Assembly: GCA_012295275.1 (NCBI GenBank)
Contig: CM022673.1
Location: 24,552,001-24,616,000, forward strand
DNA from: Chrysomallon squamiferum
Taxonomy: Eukaryota > Animalia > Mollusca
Direction: 5' to 3'
Length of the DNA: 64,000 nt
The notes under the pieces are model-generated. The model worked only from the letters and a program-made list of their open reading frames with translations. It had not been told where the DNA came from and searched no databases. Both the position numbers and the translations under genes were made by a program. Of the stretch, positions 41,758-54,931 are shown piece after piece. Within the stretch, counting starts at the first letter, position 1. The number at the start of each line of letters is the position of its first letter.

Positions 41758-43859
41758 TGTGTGTGTGTTTTGTTATAGTTTTATTATTTAAAATAATAAC
41801 ATCTTAATTTGAAAGCTTTTATAATTTTTTTAAACTTTCATCTGTTCTTATCTTCATTTTCAATGTTTGTTATTTTTTTCATACTATTATTTTTTTATGT
41901 TTGGAAGAAGTTATTTTTATTCACCTGAAATCAATTCAAATACCGTGATAACTAGTTATTTGTTTTACTTATGCTTGATCTTCATTTCAGACAGATAATT
42001 TTCATAAGGAAAGGAAACTTTAAAATATCACAGTAAATTATATTTTTGATAAACTATATCCTATCATCAGCTGTTTAACATAATTTATTTATCGGTATTG
42101 TTAATGTAGACAATGAATGAATTTTGATGAATGAATGGATAAAGACATAGTTTTTTATTTTTGGTTTTTTTATTTTGTACGCTCTTGCGAAGGAACTTTT
42201 TTGACAGGTTCCATAAACCATATGCGATACATTCCTCCAGAGCCTGAGCCTTTCTACAGACAGATGAGTCCAGTTTATCTTACTGGAACTTGGACCAATC
42301 AAAGAGTTGACACACACATAAACCATATACGATAGGCTCCAAGATGGCCTTTCTACAGACAGAGTGAGTCCAGGTGGAAACATACACTGTGATTCACACA
42401 ATCATACACACATAAACCATATACGATACATTCCTCCAGAACCTGAGCCTTTCTACAGACAGAGTGAGTCCAGTTTATCTTACTGCTTAAACCAGCTCAA
42501 ATATATACTGTGATTCACATTTTCAATCAAAGAGTTGACACACACATAAACCATATACGATACATTCCTCCAGAGCCTGAGCCTTTCTACAGACAGAGTG
42601 AGTCCAGTTTATCTTACTGCTTAAACCACCTCAAATATACACTGTGATTCACATTTTCAATCAAAGAGTTGACACACACATAAACCATATACGATACATT
42701 CCTCCAGAACCTGAGCCTTTCTACAGACAGAGTGAGTCCAGTTTATCTTACTTATCTTACTGCTTAAACCAGCTCAAATATACCCTGTGATTCAAACATT
42801 TTCAGTCAAAGAGCCTTTTGACAGAGTGACACACTGCTAAAACCATTCAAATATACTCATATTTTCCTTTCATATATGATACAGACAGAGTGCAGTTTAT
42901 CTTACTGTTTGAAACCATCTGAAATATACACTGTGATTCACATTTTCAATCAAAAAGGTTGACAAAATAAATCATAGTGAGTCCAGTTTAATAAACCATC
43001 TCAAATATACACTGTGATTCACATTTTCAATCAAAGAGTTGACACACACATAAATCATATATGCAATACATTCCTTTCTACAGAGTGAGTCCAGTTTATC
43101 TTACTGCTTAAAACAACTGAAACATACACAGTGACTCACATTTTTAGACAAAGAGGTCATGAAGAGAATACTGTTTAAGATTTTTCTCATTATTATTACT
43201 ATTATTGTTGTTGTTATTATTTTCCTCCTGTTTTTATTATTGTTATTTTTGTAGTTGTTGTTGTTATTATAATAATGAATTTTATATTACTTTACTGTTA
43301 TATTATTTTTTATTTTGTTATTGTTGTTATTTCTGGATTGATTATTTATTTATTTAATTGTGGAATACTTAACCAATAATTCTCTGTAATGTTATTCAGA
43401 AATTCCTTAACCTTAATCAGCAATAACAGACGATAAACAGTACCTGAATAGTAATATAAAGTGTAATTAAATATACTTATTGAAAAACACTTCTGAGTTA
43501 AAATATAAAATATGTTTAAATCTGTTTTCAAGCTGGACTTGAGAAAACTCCAATGGTGCGAGGTGAAGAACATGGTGGAAAGTGTGTGTTCAACTACGAT
43601 CCAAAAAATGCCTTTGTAAGTTAATATAATCAAATGAAATACTTTTCTTTTTTTCAAATCTTAAAAATTCCTTTTGTAAGTGTGAAATACTCTAAATGTA
43701 GTCTAGTCAATAACATTATTTTATTTCAAAAGATATAAATCCACTTTGCAATTCTGATTTATATTCTTAACCGTAATTAAATAGACTTTTAATTTGTCAG
43801 AGAATCACAAACAGTGGCAATGTTAATAGTAATTCCTGGAATTTATTATTATTATTATT

Positions 43860-43909
<50 letters not shown>

Positions 43910-43920
43910 GAATATTATTG

Positions 43921-43958
<38 letters not shown>

Positions 43959-46900
43959 TTATGCTACAGTTATCACAAAATAAGTAATTAAAAATGAGCA
44001 CAATATATTTCATTTTCTAGTCAAATCAAGGACTATGGTATGTGCTGCCCTGAGTTTTCAAATGTGTGCATGAAACATGTCTGACTTTCAGCTGATATTT
44101 AGTAATTAACATTCAAAGATGTTTAAATATCTTAACAATTACTCTTCACTTCATTTAAAATTTAAAAATATTTATAAATTATATTCTTTCAGTTACAATT
44201 TGTCAATCATTGTTTTAATTTTAATTCGTCATTTCATTCTGTTTTTGTTGTTCAGTTTGTGAGATCAAAGGTTGGTGGTGCTAAAGATGTGTTTGAGAAA
44301 TGCAATGTTGATATCAATTCTCGAGAAGACGCTACTCTTGTTTTTGAATCAAGATTTGAGAGCGGAAATCTTGCAAAAGCTGTGAAAGTGTGAGTACATT
44401 TGTAAAATAAAACTGTTAACAAGGTTAACTGTTGACTCATGCAAACTGAATACTGTAATAATCTCTATAGTTTTCTACAGTTTTTTTTATTCCTTTAAGA
44501 ATGTTTGATTTTAGACAGATATTCTGTATATATAATTTAATATGATTTTCTATAGATTTTTTTTTTATTTAAAAATGTATGATTTTAGACATATTCTGTA
44601 TACATATAATTTAATATAATCTGTAAGTCAGTGATTTAAATTTTGATTTAATTTTGAGAATTAAAAACATCTGTACTGACAGTTATTTTAAATCTTTGTT
44701 TTGTTTCAGTGGTGAGTTTGAGTATGAGCTGTCACTTCGCTACGACCTCTACACAAACAAACACACTCAGTGGTTTTACTTCCGGGTGAAAAACACCAGA
44801 GCCAACGTCAAGTACAGATTCAGCATCATTAACTTCATCAAGGCAAGCCAAAGATTTTTCTTTATTTATTTCTTTATTTTAATTTTTACTTGGCCATCTT
44901 TTTCTTAAACTATAAAATATTTTTTTTTCCTGTACTCTCACTTTAATTTTAAGATATTCATTTTATTGAAAACAGCAGCAAATCACTTTATTGTGCAAAC
45001 AAAGATAACTTTAAATTTGAAAAATATTTATGTTAATTCAGTTTAAATCTGTTTAACGTGCGTTCACTGTTGAGGGTGAAAAGTAAAAGTTTATTGCTGT
45101 TTTCAGCCTGACAGTTTGTACAACACAGGAATGAAACCAGTGATGTACAGTGAAAAAGATGCTCTTCAGAAAAAAGTAGGCTGGGTGAGAGCAGGCTTTG
45201 ACATCAAATACTACAGAAACAACCTCAAGTAAGATTTTTTATCAGTATTTAAAGGATTATTCAATTTACGTGACTATGTGAATGTGTGAGCATATATATG
45301 TCTTCTATAATATGTCTTTTTGTTTATGTATGTGTCTGTGTGTGGTTATGTGTATTTGAGTTCATCTGTTCTGTGTACAAGTGTGTGTATTTGTTTTTTG
45401 TTGGAGTTTGATTAGGAGAGAGGCATAACACTGAAAACATGAGAGTGTATATTGCAATTTAATGTTTCATTTATTTAAATTGGTTTCTTGTTCATCATCA
45501 TAAAATATTTTTTCTAGGTTTTATTCTTGTTATATTTCTTTACTATTTCCTGCAACATCTATTGTCACTTCTCATTATATCTAAAAAAAACAAATGAATC
45601 AAAATGTCAGATTTAATCTGGCTGATAATATTGCAAACCTTACTACGAGGTTCTCAAACATAAAGTAAGAGTTAAAATAATGAATTTTCCCACAGATACG
45701 AAACCACTAGAGGTGAACGTCCATTTTACTCACTGACCTTCTCTGTGGTGATGAATCACAACTACGACACTGTGTATTTTGCACACTGTTACCCCTACAC
45801 CTACACAAATTTACAGGTATATATAGGTTTTAATTTTGGATGTGTTTAACTTGTTTTATATAATTTTTCTTTTTTGAATTTTTTGTATTTTTGGATTTAG
45901 AATTATAAAAAAATAAATATTTTAATAGGTTTTAGGTCAGACTTTGGAATATTGTGCACAAACTGTCATACATGTTAGAATGCTTCAAGTCTGAAACCTG
46001 CTGTATCTGATTAGAGGGAAAAGAAAACTTGTTTAATTGTCACCTGAACTGTGAACCAGTTGATAACAAAAATTTTGATTTTGAAAGTTTCACTGTTAAC
46101 TGCTGATACAATTTTAGGCTTTCATAGGAAATTAATTAAAAATATACATTTGTAATTTAATTTTTATACCCTATATAACATCTTAGGATCTCTTAAATGT
46201 TTATTGTGCCTTATCTGTTCTTTATCTGTGGAATTAAATGTAACATTCTGTGTTCAGCCTGACTGTGTTGTTTACAGGACTATTTACTGGAACTGGCCAA
46301 TGACCCTGTGAAAGCTCAGATCTGCAAGCAGCGAGTCTTGTGTCGGACTCTCGCTGGAAACCTGGTCTATGTCCTCACCATCACCTCCCCATCCTCCACC
46401 CCAGAAGATGTCAAGGTAATTTAAAAATAAATCTGAGAAATTTTAGCTTTATGTATTCTTAAATCTGAAAATCTACACAAACCTGAAACCATTCTTGCCA
46501 GCTAAAACGTGTGTGTGTGTATCTGTGTGTTCTGAGTTATAATACTGACAGACTTTGAAGGAAATCATCACTAAATAGGATCTTGTTTCTGTGTACAAGC
46601 TGTATGGTCAGTATAAATGGTTTATATGCTTAAACCATGGTAAAATTTTAAAAAAGAATAATTTATATCTGAGAAAAGTCTGTCCCCAAACATTTCAGTT
46701 AATGGATACAAATGGTATGTGGTTTGTTTTATCTGATCTTTTTTAACATTCAATTCTGTTTATTTATATTACTAGGCCTTTGTTTTATATGTTTATATGG
46801 ATCATATAACCTTGCTTCATTAATTTTCTTTATGATCTATCAATACTAGAAATAAATTTAGTCTTTACATTCATACAGTTTATACACTGTCATGTTCATA

Positions 46901-49900
46901 TAGTTTATGTATTTTCATGCTTGCGAATTAAAATAAATTATGCAATTCAAAATTACAAATGTTCTTTTATTGAAATGAAGATGACATATATTCCTTGTAG
47001 TTAAGACAGTTAGATATTTAAAACTGTTTTTTCACTGAAGCACAAAAAGGCTGTAGTTCTGACGTCTCGAGTTCACCCAGGAGAAAGCAATGCCAGTCTG
47101 ATGATGAAGGGCTTCCTCGATTACCTCACCGGAAATTCTGCTGATGCCAAAGTAAGTTACTTTATATTCCAGCGTTAACATGCCTTTAACCAACACATTA
47201 CAAAATTAATAGAAATTTAGTTTCTACCAAATATTCTTTCTATACATATTTCTAATTTAAAAAATCAAATACATTCAAATAAAGCTCAACAAATCATATT
47301 AAGCATGGATATGTTTGAAAATGACACACACACACACACAGTTCATTCACTAACACAAAAATAATAGATACCCAAACTCTTCATACAAACACCCATTCAC
47401 ACACACACTCTCACTAGACCACAGTATAAACAGTACTGCATATGAGGAACTATCATGCTAAACATTCACTGTTTATTCTACTGTTTATGCAGCTGCTGAG
47501 AGACACATTCATTTTTAAAATTGTTCCCATGATGAATCCTGACGGGGTCATTGTTGGCAACTACAGGTGTTCACTGACAGGGCGTGACCTCAACAGGAAC
47601 TACAAGACAGTGCTCAAAGACTCATACCCCTCTGTGTGGCACACGAAAAACATGATCAGAAGGTAACACACAGTCTCAGTCTGTACTCTCTTTGTCACAA
47701 GCTATGATACAAAAGAATATCTAGAATATTTCTGTTTTGGAAATTATTATACACCAAATCAAAATAATTAAATGCCTTTATTTTAATTATATTTTTTTAT
47801 GGTTCTAATTTATATATCATGTTTCCTCTGTTTTCATTCCTTGTTTTGAATTTTTTTAATCATTGTAATGTTTTTAGGGTTTTTTTTTTTTAATTCTTTT
47901 TTGTTTCCTGTTTTATGCCTGTGTTAAATTTTTATGATATATCTGTCATCTAGAAACTGAATTTCACATTTGTTCTTGATGATTGATATAAATGTATGTT
48001 AATAAAAAAAAAAAAATCAATTATTTCTTTCATTGTTCCTCTCCAGTGAAATCTAAATAATTTTTCTTGTTAAAATATTGTTACAACAGACTGTTATATA
48101 CACTAAATGAGTGTTATTTATAATGAGCATGTTTAGTACCCTGAACGAAGGTTGTTTGTAATGAGGATGTTTTGCACACTACACAAGTGTTGTCTGTAAT
48201 TAGGATGTTGTTTTGTACACTAAAGAAGTATTGTCTGCAGTTAGGATGTTTTGCACACTACACAAGTGTTGTCTGTAATGAGGATGTTTTGTACACTAAA
48301 GAACTGTTGTCTGTAATGAGGATGTTTTGCACACTATAGGAGTGTTGTCTGTAATGAGGATATTTTGTACACTAAAGAAGTGTTGTCTGTAATGAGGATG
48401 TTTTGTACACTAAAGAAGTGTTGTCTGTAATGAGGAGGAATGTCTTTGAGGATGTTTTGTACACTAAAGAAGTGTTGTCTGTAATGAGGATGTTTTGTAC
48501 ACTAAAGAAGTGTTGTCTGTAATGAGGATGTTTTGTACACTAAAGAAGTGTTGTCTGCAATGAGGATGTTTTGCACACTAAAGAAGTGTTGTCTGTAATG
48601 AGGATGTTTTGCACACTGCACGCACGTTGTCTGTAATGAGGATGTTTTGCACACTGTACGCACGTTGTCTGTAATGAGGATGTTTTGCACACTATAGGAG
48701 TGTTGTCTGTAATGAGGATGTTTTGCACACTACATGAGTGTTGTCTGTAATGAGGATGTTTTGCACACTATAGGAGTGTTGTCTGTAATGAGGATGTTTT
48801 GCACACTATAGGAGTGTTGTCTGTAATGAGGATGTTTTGCACACTATAGGAGTGTTGTCTGTAATGAGGATGTTTTAAACACTATAGGAGTGTTGTCTGT
48901 AATGAGGATGTTTTGTACACTAAAGAAGTGTTGTCTATAATGAGGATGTTTTGCACACTACATGAGTGTTGTCTGTAATGAGGATGTTTTGTACACTAAA
49001 GAAGTGTTGTCTATAATGAGGATGTTTTGCACACTACATGAGTGTTGTCTGTAATGAGGATGTTTTGCACACTACATTTTGTCTGTAATGAGGATGTTTT
49101 GTACACTAAAGAAGTGTTGTCTGTAATGAGGATGTTTTGTACACTAAAGAAGTGTTGTCTGTAATGAGGATGTTTTGTACACTAAAGAAGTGTTGTCTGT
49201 AATGAGGATGTTTTGCACACTAAAGAAGTGTTGTCTGTAATGAGGATGTTTTGTACACTAAAGAAGTGTTGTCTGTAATGAGGATGTTTTACACACTGCA
49301 CGCACGTTGTCTGTAATGAGGATGTTTTGCACACTATAGGAGTGTTGTCTGTAATGAGGATGTTTTGCACACTATAGGAGTGTTGTCTGTAATGAGGATG
49401 TTTTGCACACTATAGGAGTGTTGTCTGTAATGAGGATGTTTTGCACACTATAGGAGTGTTGTCTGTAATGAGGATGTTTTGTACACTAAAGAAGTGTTGT
49501 CTATAATGAGGATGTTTTGCACACTACATGAGTGTTGTCTGTAATGAGGATGTTTTGTACACTAAAGAAGTGTTGTCTATAATGAGGATGTTTTGCACAC
49601 TACATGAGTGTTGTCTGTAATGAGGATGTTTTACACACTGCACGCACGTTGTCTGTAATGAGGATGTTTTGCACACTACATGAGTGTTGTCTGTAATGAG
49701 GATGTTTTGTACACTAAAGAAGTGTTGTCTGTAATGAGGATGTTTTGTACACTAAAGAAGTGTTGTCTGTAATGAGGATGTTTTGCACACTAAAGAAGTG
49801 TTGTCTGTAATGAGGATGTTTTGCACACTATAGGAGTGTTGTCTGTAATGAGGATGTTTTGCACACTATAGGAGTGTTGTCTGTAATGAGGATGTTTTAA

Positions 49901-52900
49901 ACACTATAGGAGTGTTGTCTGTAATGAGGATGTTTTGTACACTAAAGAAGTGTTGTCTATAATGAGGATGTTTTGCACACTACATGAGTGTTGTCTGTAA
50001 TGAGGATGTTTTGTACACTAAAGAAGTGTTGTCTATAATGAGGATGTTTTGCACACTAGAACTGTAATGAGGATGTTTTTTTACGTTGTCTGTAATGAGG
50101 ATGTTTTGCACACTACATGAGTGTTGTCTGTAATGAGGATGTTTTGTACACTAAAGAAGTGTTGTCTGTAATGAGGATGTTTTGTACACTAAAGAAGTGT
50201 TGTCTGTAATGAGGATGTTTTGCACACTAAAGAAGTGTTGTCTGTAATGAGGATGTTTTGTACACTAAAGAAGTGTTGTCTGTAATGAGGATGTTTTGTA
50301 CACTAAAGAAGTGTTGTCTGTAATGAGGATGTTTTACACACTGCACGCACGTTGTCTGTAATGAGGATGTTTTGCACACTATAGGAGTGTTGTCTGTAAT
50401 GAGGATGTTTTACACACTGAACGTTGTCTGTAATGAGGATGTTTTGCACACTATAGGAGTGTTGTCTGTAATGAGGATGTTTTGCACACTATAGGAGTGT
50501 TGTCTGTAATGAGGATGTTTTAAACACTATAGGAGTGTTGTCTGTAATGAGGATGTTTTAAACACTATAGGAGTGTTGTCTGTAATGAGGATGTTTTGTA
50601 CACTAAAGAAGTGTTGTCTATAATGAGGATGTTTTGCACACTACATGAGTGTTGTCTGTAATGAGGATGTTTTGTACACTAAAGAAGTGTTGTCTATAAT
50701 GAGGATGTTTTGCACACTACATGAGTGTTGTCTGTAATGAGGATGTTTTGTACACTAATACTAATACCTGATTGTTATCTGTAATGATGATGTTGCAGGT
50801 TGTTACAGGAGAGAGAGATTGTCGTGTACTGTGACTTGCATGGACACAGCAGGAAGAACAATGTTTTCATCTATGGCTGTGAGAACAGACACGACCCCAA
50901 ACGTCGGCTCAGAGAAAGAATCTTTCCTTGCATGCTCAACAAGAATGCCCCAGACAAGGTCAGAACATTTCATTTTTAATTCATTAAGTGAACAAACAGG
51001 TGTAAATGACAGTTTTTATATAAACTCATTAAGTATTATAATAAATGAAATGTCTCAAATGCTCTTACTAGGAGTCAGATATGGTTTAGTGTTAGGAAGC
51101 TGGTCCAAGAGGTGATTTCCCATTCCAAATAGTTGTCATTGACCATTTTATTATTGGGCATGCTGTATGTTTGTAAATTATAATTTATTCATTGTTTTAT
51201 TCAAATTTATTCAGAATATATATATTTTTTTTTTTAATTGGTTCTCAAAATTAAACATTTCATATTGTTACAGTTCAGTTTTGACAACTGCAAGTTCAAG
51301 GTTCAGAAGAGCAAGGAAGGAACTGGAAGAATTGTGATGTGGAACATGGGCATTATGAACAGCTACACTATGGAAGTATGTATAAATATATAGTGACTGG
51401 TCTTTATATTTGTGACCAATTCTATCAGTTGTCCAATGCTTCATATTGCATTTGTGTAATACAAGTAATTATGCATAACTGAACATTAATCAACAAACTA
51501 TAATTAACTGTTATTCTTCAAACTGAATCATTATCAACAATTGACTGTAATACTTGATATATTTTGTTTTGGGGATGTTAACATTTCACTGTGTTACATC
51601 ATTTTCATGAACAACAAGTTTTAATTTTCATTGACTCTTGCATATTTGAATCTGCAGGCGACATTCTGTGGCTCCTCTCTAGGGAAGAAGAAAGGATTTC
51701 ACTTCTCCATGGCTGACTACGAGGCTCTGGGCTATCACTTCTGTGATACTCTGCTGGATTACTGTGATCCTGACGACAGCAAAGTAAGAACTTCTCCTTT
51801 GTCCTTTTAACAGTTACTTTTTATACCAAATTCATTATCTTGTAGATATTTTCAACATCTCTGCTTGTTTTGGTGCTAAATTAATCTAAATGCTGCTTTG
51901 GTTTTAAAAGTTGAATTTTAATTATTTCTATCTGCGTAGTGTTGTCATAATCATAAATTCTGGTTGTTCATAAAAAAAAATATTTTTTTTTTTATTATTG
52001 TTGCATCAGTTGTCTGTTAACTTGTGTACTTTGTTTTTTTTTTTTTTTTTTAATGTGTCAGTTTAGTTTGTTTCAAAATGAATGAAAAGTGATGGTTAAA
52101 TTTTGCAATATTAAAATGTATATAATATATATCAAAGATATAGTGTCCTTTTACAAAACTGTTATTAATGTTATAAACCTTTTAAATCTCTTTTTGGAAA
52201 ATTTTATCTCAAAAATGAATATAATAAATGTAGGATTTTATTTAAATATAGATATTATTAGCATATTTTATTTTCATAGCCATAGTTTAATCATATATGT
52301 TAAAAATATGCTAGCTATTTGATTTTGTTGTGGCATGATATTTATTAATGATATTATTATCCTACTGAAGTTTAAAAAAATGTTATCAACTATATCAAAA
52401 TGAGTAATAAGTAAAATATTTACCAATATTACATATATCAGTCTGTTTTCATACATGTGAAAATCAAAAAATAAATTATTTCACACTTTTAATGAAAACT
52501 AGGCCATCTGACTTACTGCTCTGTTTGATGTGGTGGATAACAATATCATTTAGTGTTATTTTTGTAGTCTTTCAGCTGTTTAGTAAATACATGATTAATT
52601 TGTACCTGTTATACTGACTGTTATAACAACAATGTAATTATTATTTTCTGAAATCCAAATAATTATTATTTCATTTTTATTATTCATGACTTTATGACTT
52701 GATTTTTATTTTTATTTTATTTTATTTTATTTTATTTTATTTTTTTTATTATTATTATTTTATTATTATTTATTATTATTATTTTTATTTTTATTATTAA
52801 TTTTTTTGGACAGTTAGACATACATGACAAAATAAATGTTGTTGATATACAGTTCTTCTAGTTATTTCATGCAGTATCTATAGTGATAATAGCTTTTCTT

Positions 52901-54881
52901 ACATCTTTGATGCACCAATTGTTATTACATTGATTTGTCATTGTTTTTATTGGGTTTTTTTCCATAAATTGCTGAGATTTTTCATCTGGTATTAATGGTA
53001 ATTTAAAATTTATTTTACTAGCACAATTCTGTATCAAACATTTAGACCTTAGCTTCATAATCACTCTCCTTTTTTTTCTTTTCTTTTTTTCTTTTTCATT
53101 TTTATTCTTATTATTTAAAAAAAAATTTCAACCCATCTGTTCCTGTCACTTAAATATGAAAAAATGATCATTATTTGAGAATACTGTTAAATGAATTTTA
53201 AGTGTCATTTAACCTTGACCTTAATTTTAACCTACTCATGCATTTTTGTAACAGAACAAATTATCTGATCCTGCTGATATCTTAGAATATCCACTTACTC
53301 AAAGTTTATTTAACAGTATTCTCAATTTACACAACTTTGACTTCATGTTCTTTCTAAACAGAGCTAAATTATAAATCTTCATGCAAATTGTCTCTTCAGC
53401 TAATATCTGAATATATATATATATATATATATATATTATTTATATGTATATATATATATATAAAAGCTATCTAATTGTAAATAAAATATTTAACATTAGC
53501 AAAGAAACATGAAATTCACTGATTGTTACTTTTATTTTCAATTGTTTTCATGGGTAAAATATAATCATTTCAATATAATAAATGCATATACAATCTATTT
53601 TAATTGTTTATTTTTCACATTATGTCTTCATTTTTATTTTATGTTTATGTTGAACAAAAATACTCTTTCATTTTTTGTATCCCTGTTATTTTCTTGCCAT
53701 GAAATATGTTTATGTAGTCTGCATGCTACTATAGTATTTAAAGCAAAAACCACCTATTTGTATGTTGCATGCAAATATAGTTATAGCATTATATAGTATA
53801 TTAACCAATAATCTGAACAAAGGTTTTGAAATTATTATATATTTTATTTGCTATTTAAATTCATGCATTGATAATCTGTACTGGCTGATATTGGAAATTT
53901 TAACATCATAAAATTTATAGAACTGCTAAAACAGATACATATCTTGTCCTCCAGTTTACAAAACACATGGACACAACAGTAATTTTTAATCAATTATAAA
54001 AACTTTTATATGTTAATGTTAATTCATGTTAATAATTTTTCATTCATAATAATACATTTGTTATATCTTTCCTGAAAATGCCTTTATATTTATAACTGTG
54101 TGACTGTCACTAGTTACAAAATGAAATAAGATTGTTGTTTTATGGATAGTACATTCAAGTGTTTAAATGAATAATTTTATTCAGGTTACAGTATGTGATT
54201 AATTCTGAAATAATTCTACAAACTGTTTCCTTTAGTATTCCTACATTACTGTCCCTTTCAATAACTTTAATTACATTACTGTTTATGTTTAATTACATTA
54301 CTGTTTGTGTTTAATTACATTACTGTTTGTGTTTAATTACATTACTGTTTTGTGTTTAATTACATTACTGTTGTTTTTAATTACATTACTGTTTTGTGTT
54401 AATTACATTACTATTTTATGTTTAATTACATTACTGTTTGTGTTTAATTACATTACTGTTTTGTGTTTAATTACATCACTGTTTTGTGTTCCAGTGTGTT
54501 CATATTCTTTCTAACTTGGAGGAGAAACTCAGAAATGACATTCTAGCAAAAATGGAGAAGGAAGGTTTGAGTCCTACCAATGAAATAGACTTCAGTGACT
54601 TCTCTTCTGATCTAGAGTCCAGGTTAGTTTTATTTCTTCATTCTTCCAGACACACACACAGAATCAAAACACACACATGCTTAATACATAGCTGTGTGTA
54701 GACATAGCCATAAATATAATCATGCAGTCGCTTATAAAATGCACACACACACACATATATATATGTATGTATATATGTATGCATATATGTCTGTATGTGT
54801 TGTATGTGTGTTCGTATACATATCTATGTATGTGCATATCCATATGTTTGTGTATATAATGTATATATGTGTGTGTGTGTG

Positions 54882-54931
<50 letters not shown>

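Noticed and set aside
48090-50798. CRISPR-like look (constant ~30 bp plus a variable segment)
   Set aside because: The variable part is only 5-8 nt and drawn from a few recurring variants. The array is in a eukaryotic intron with no cas genes. It is a minisatellite.
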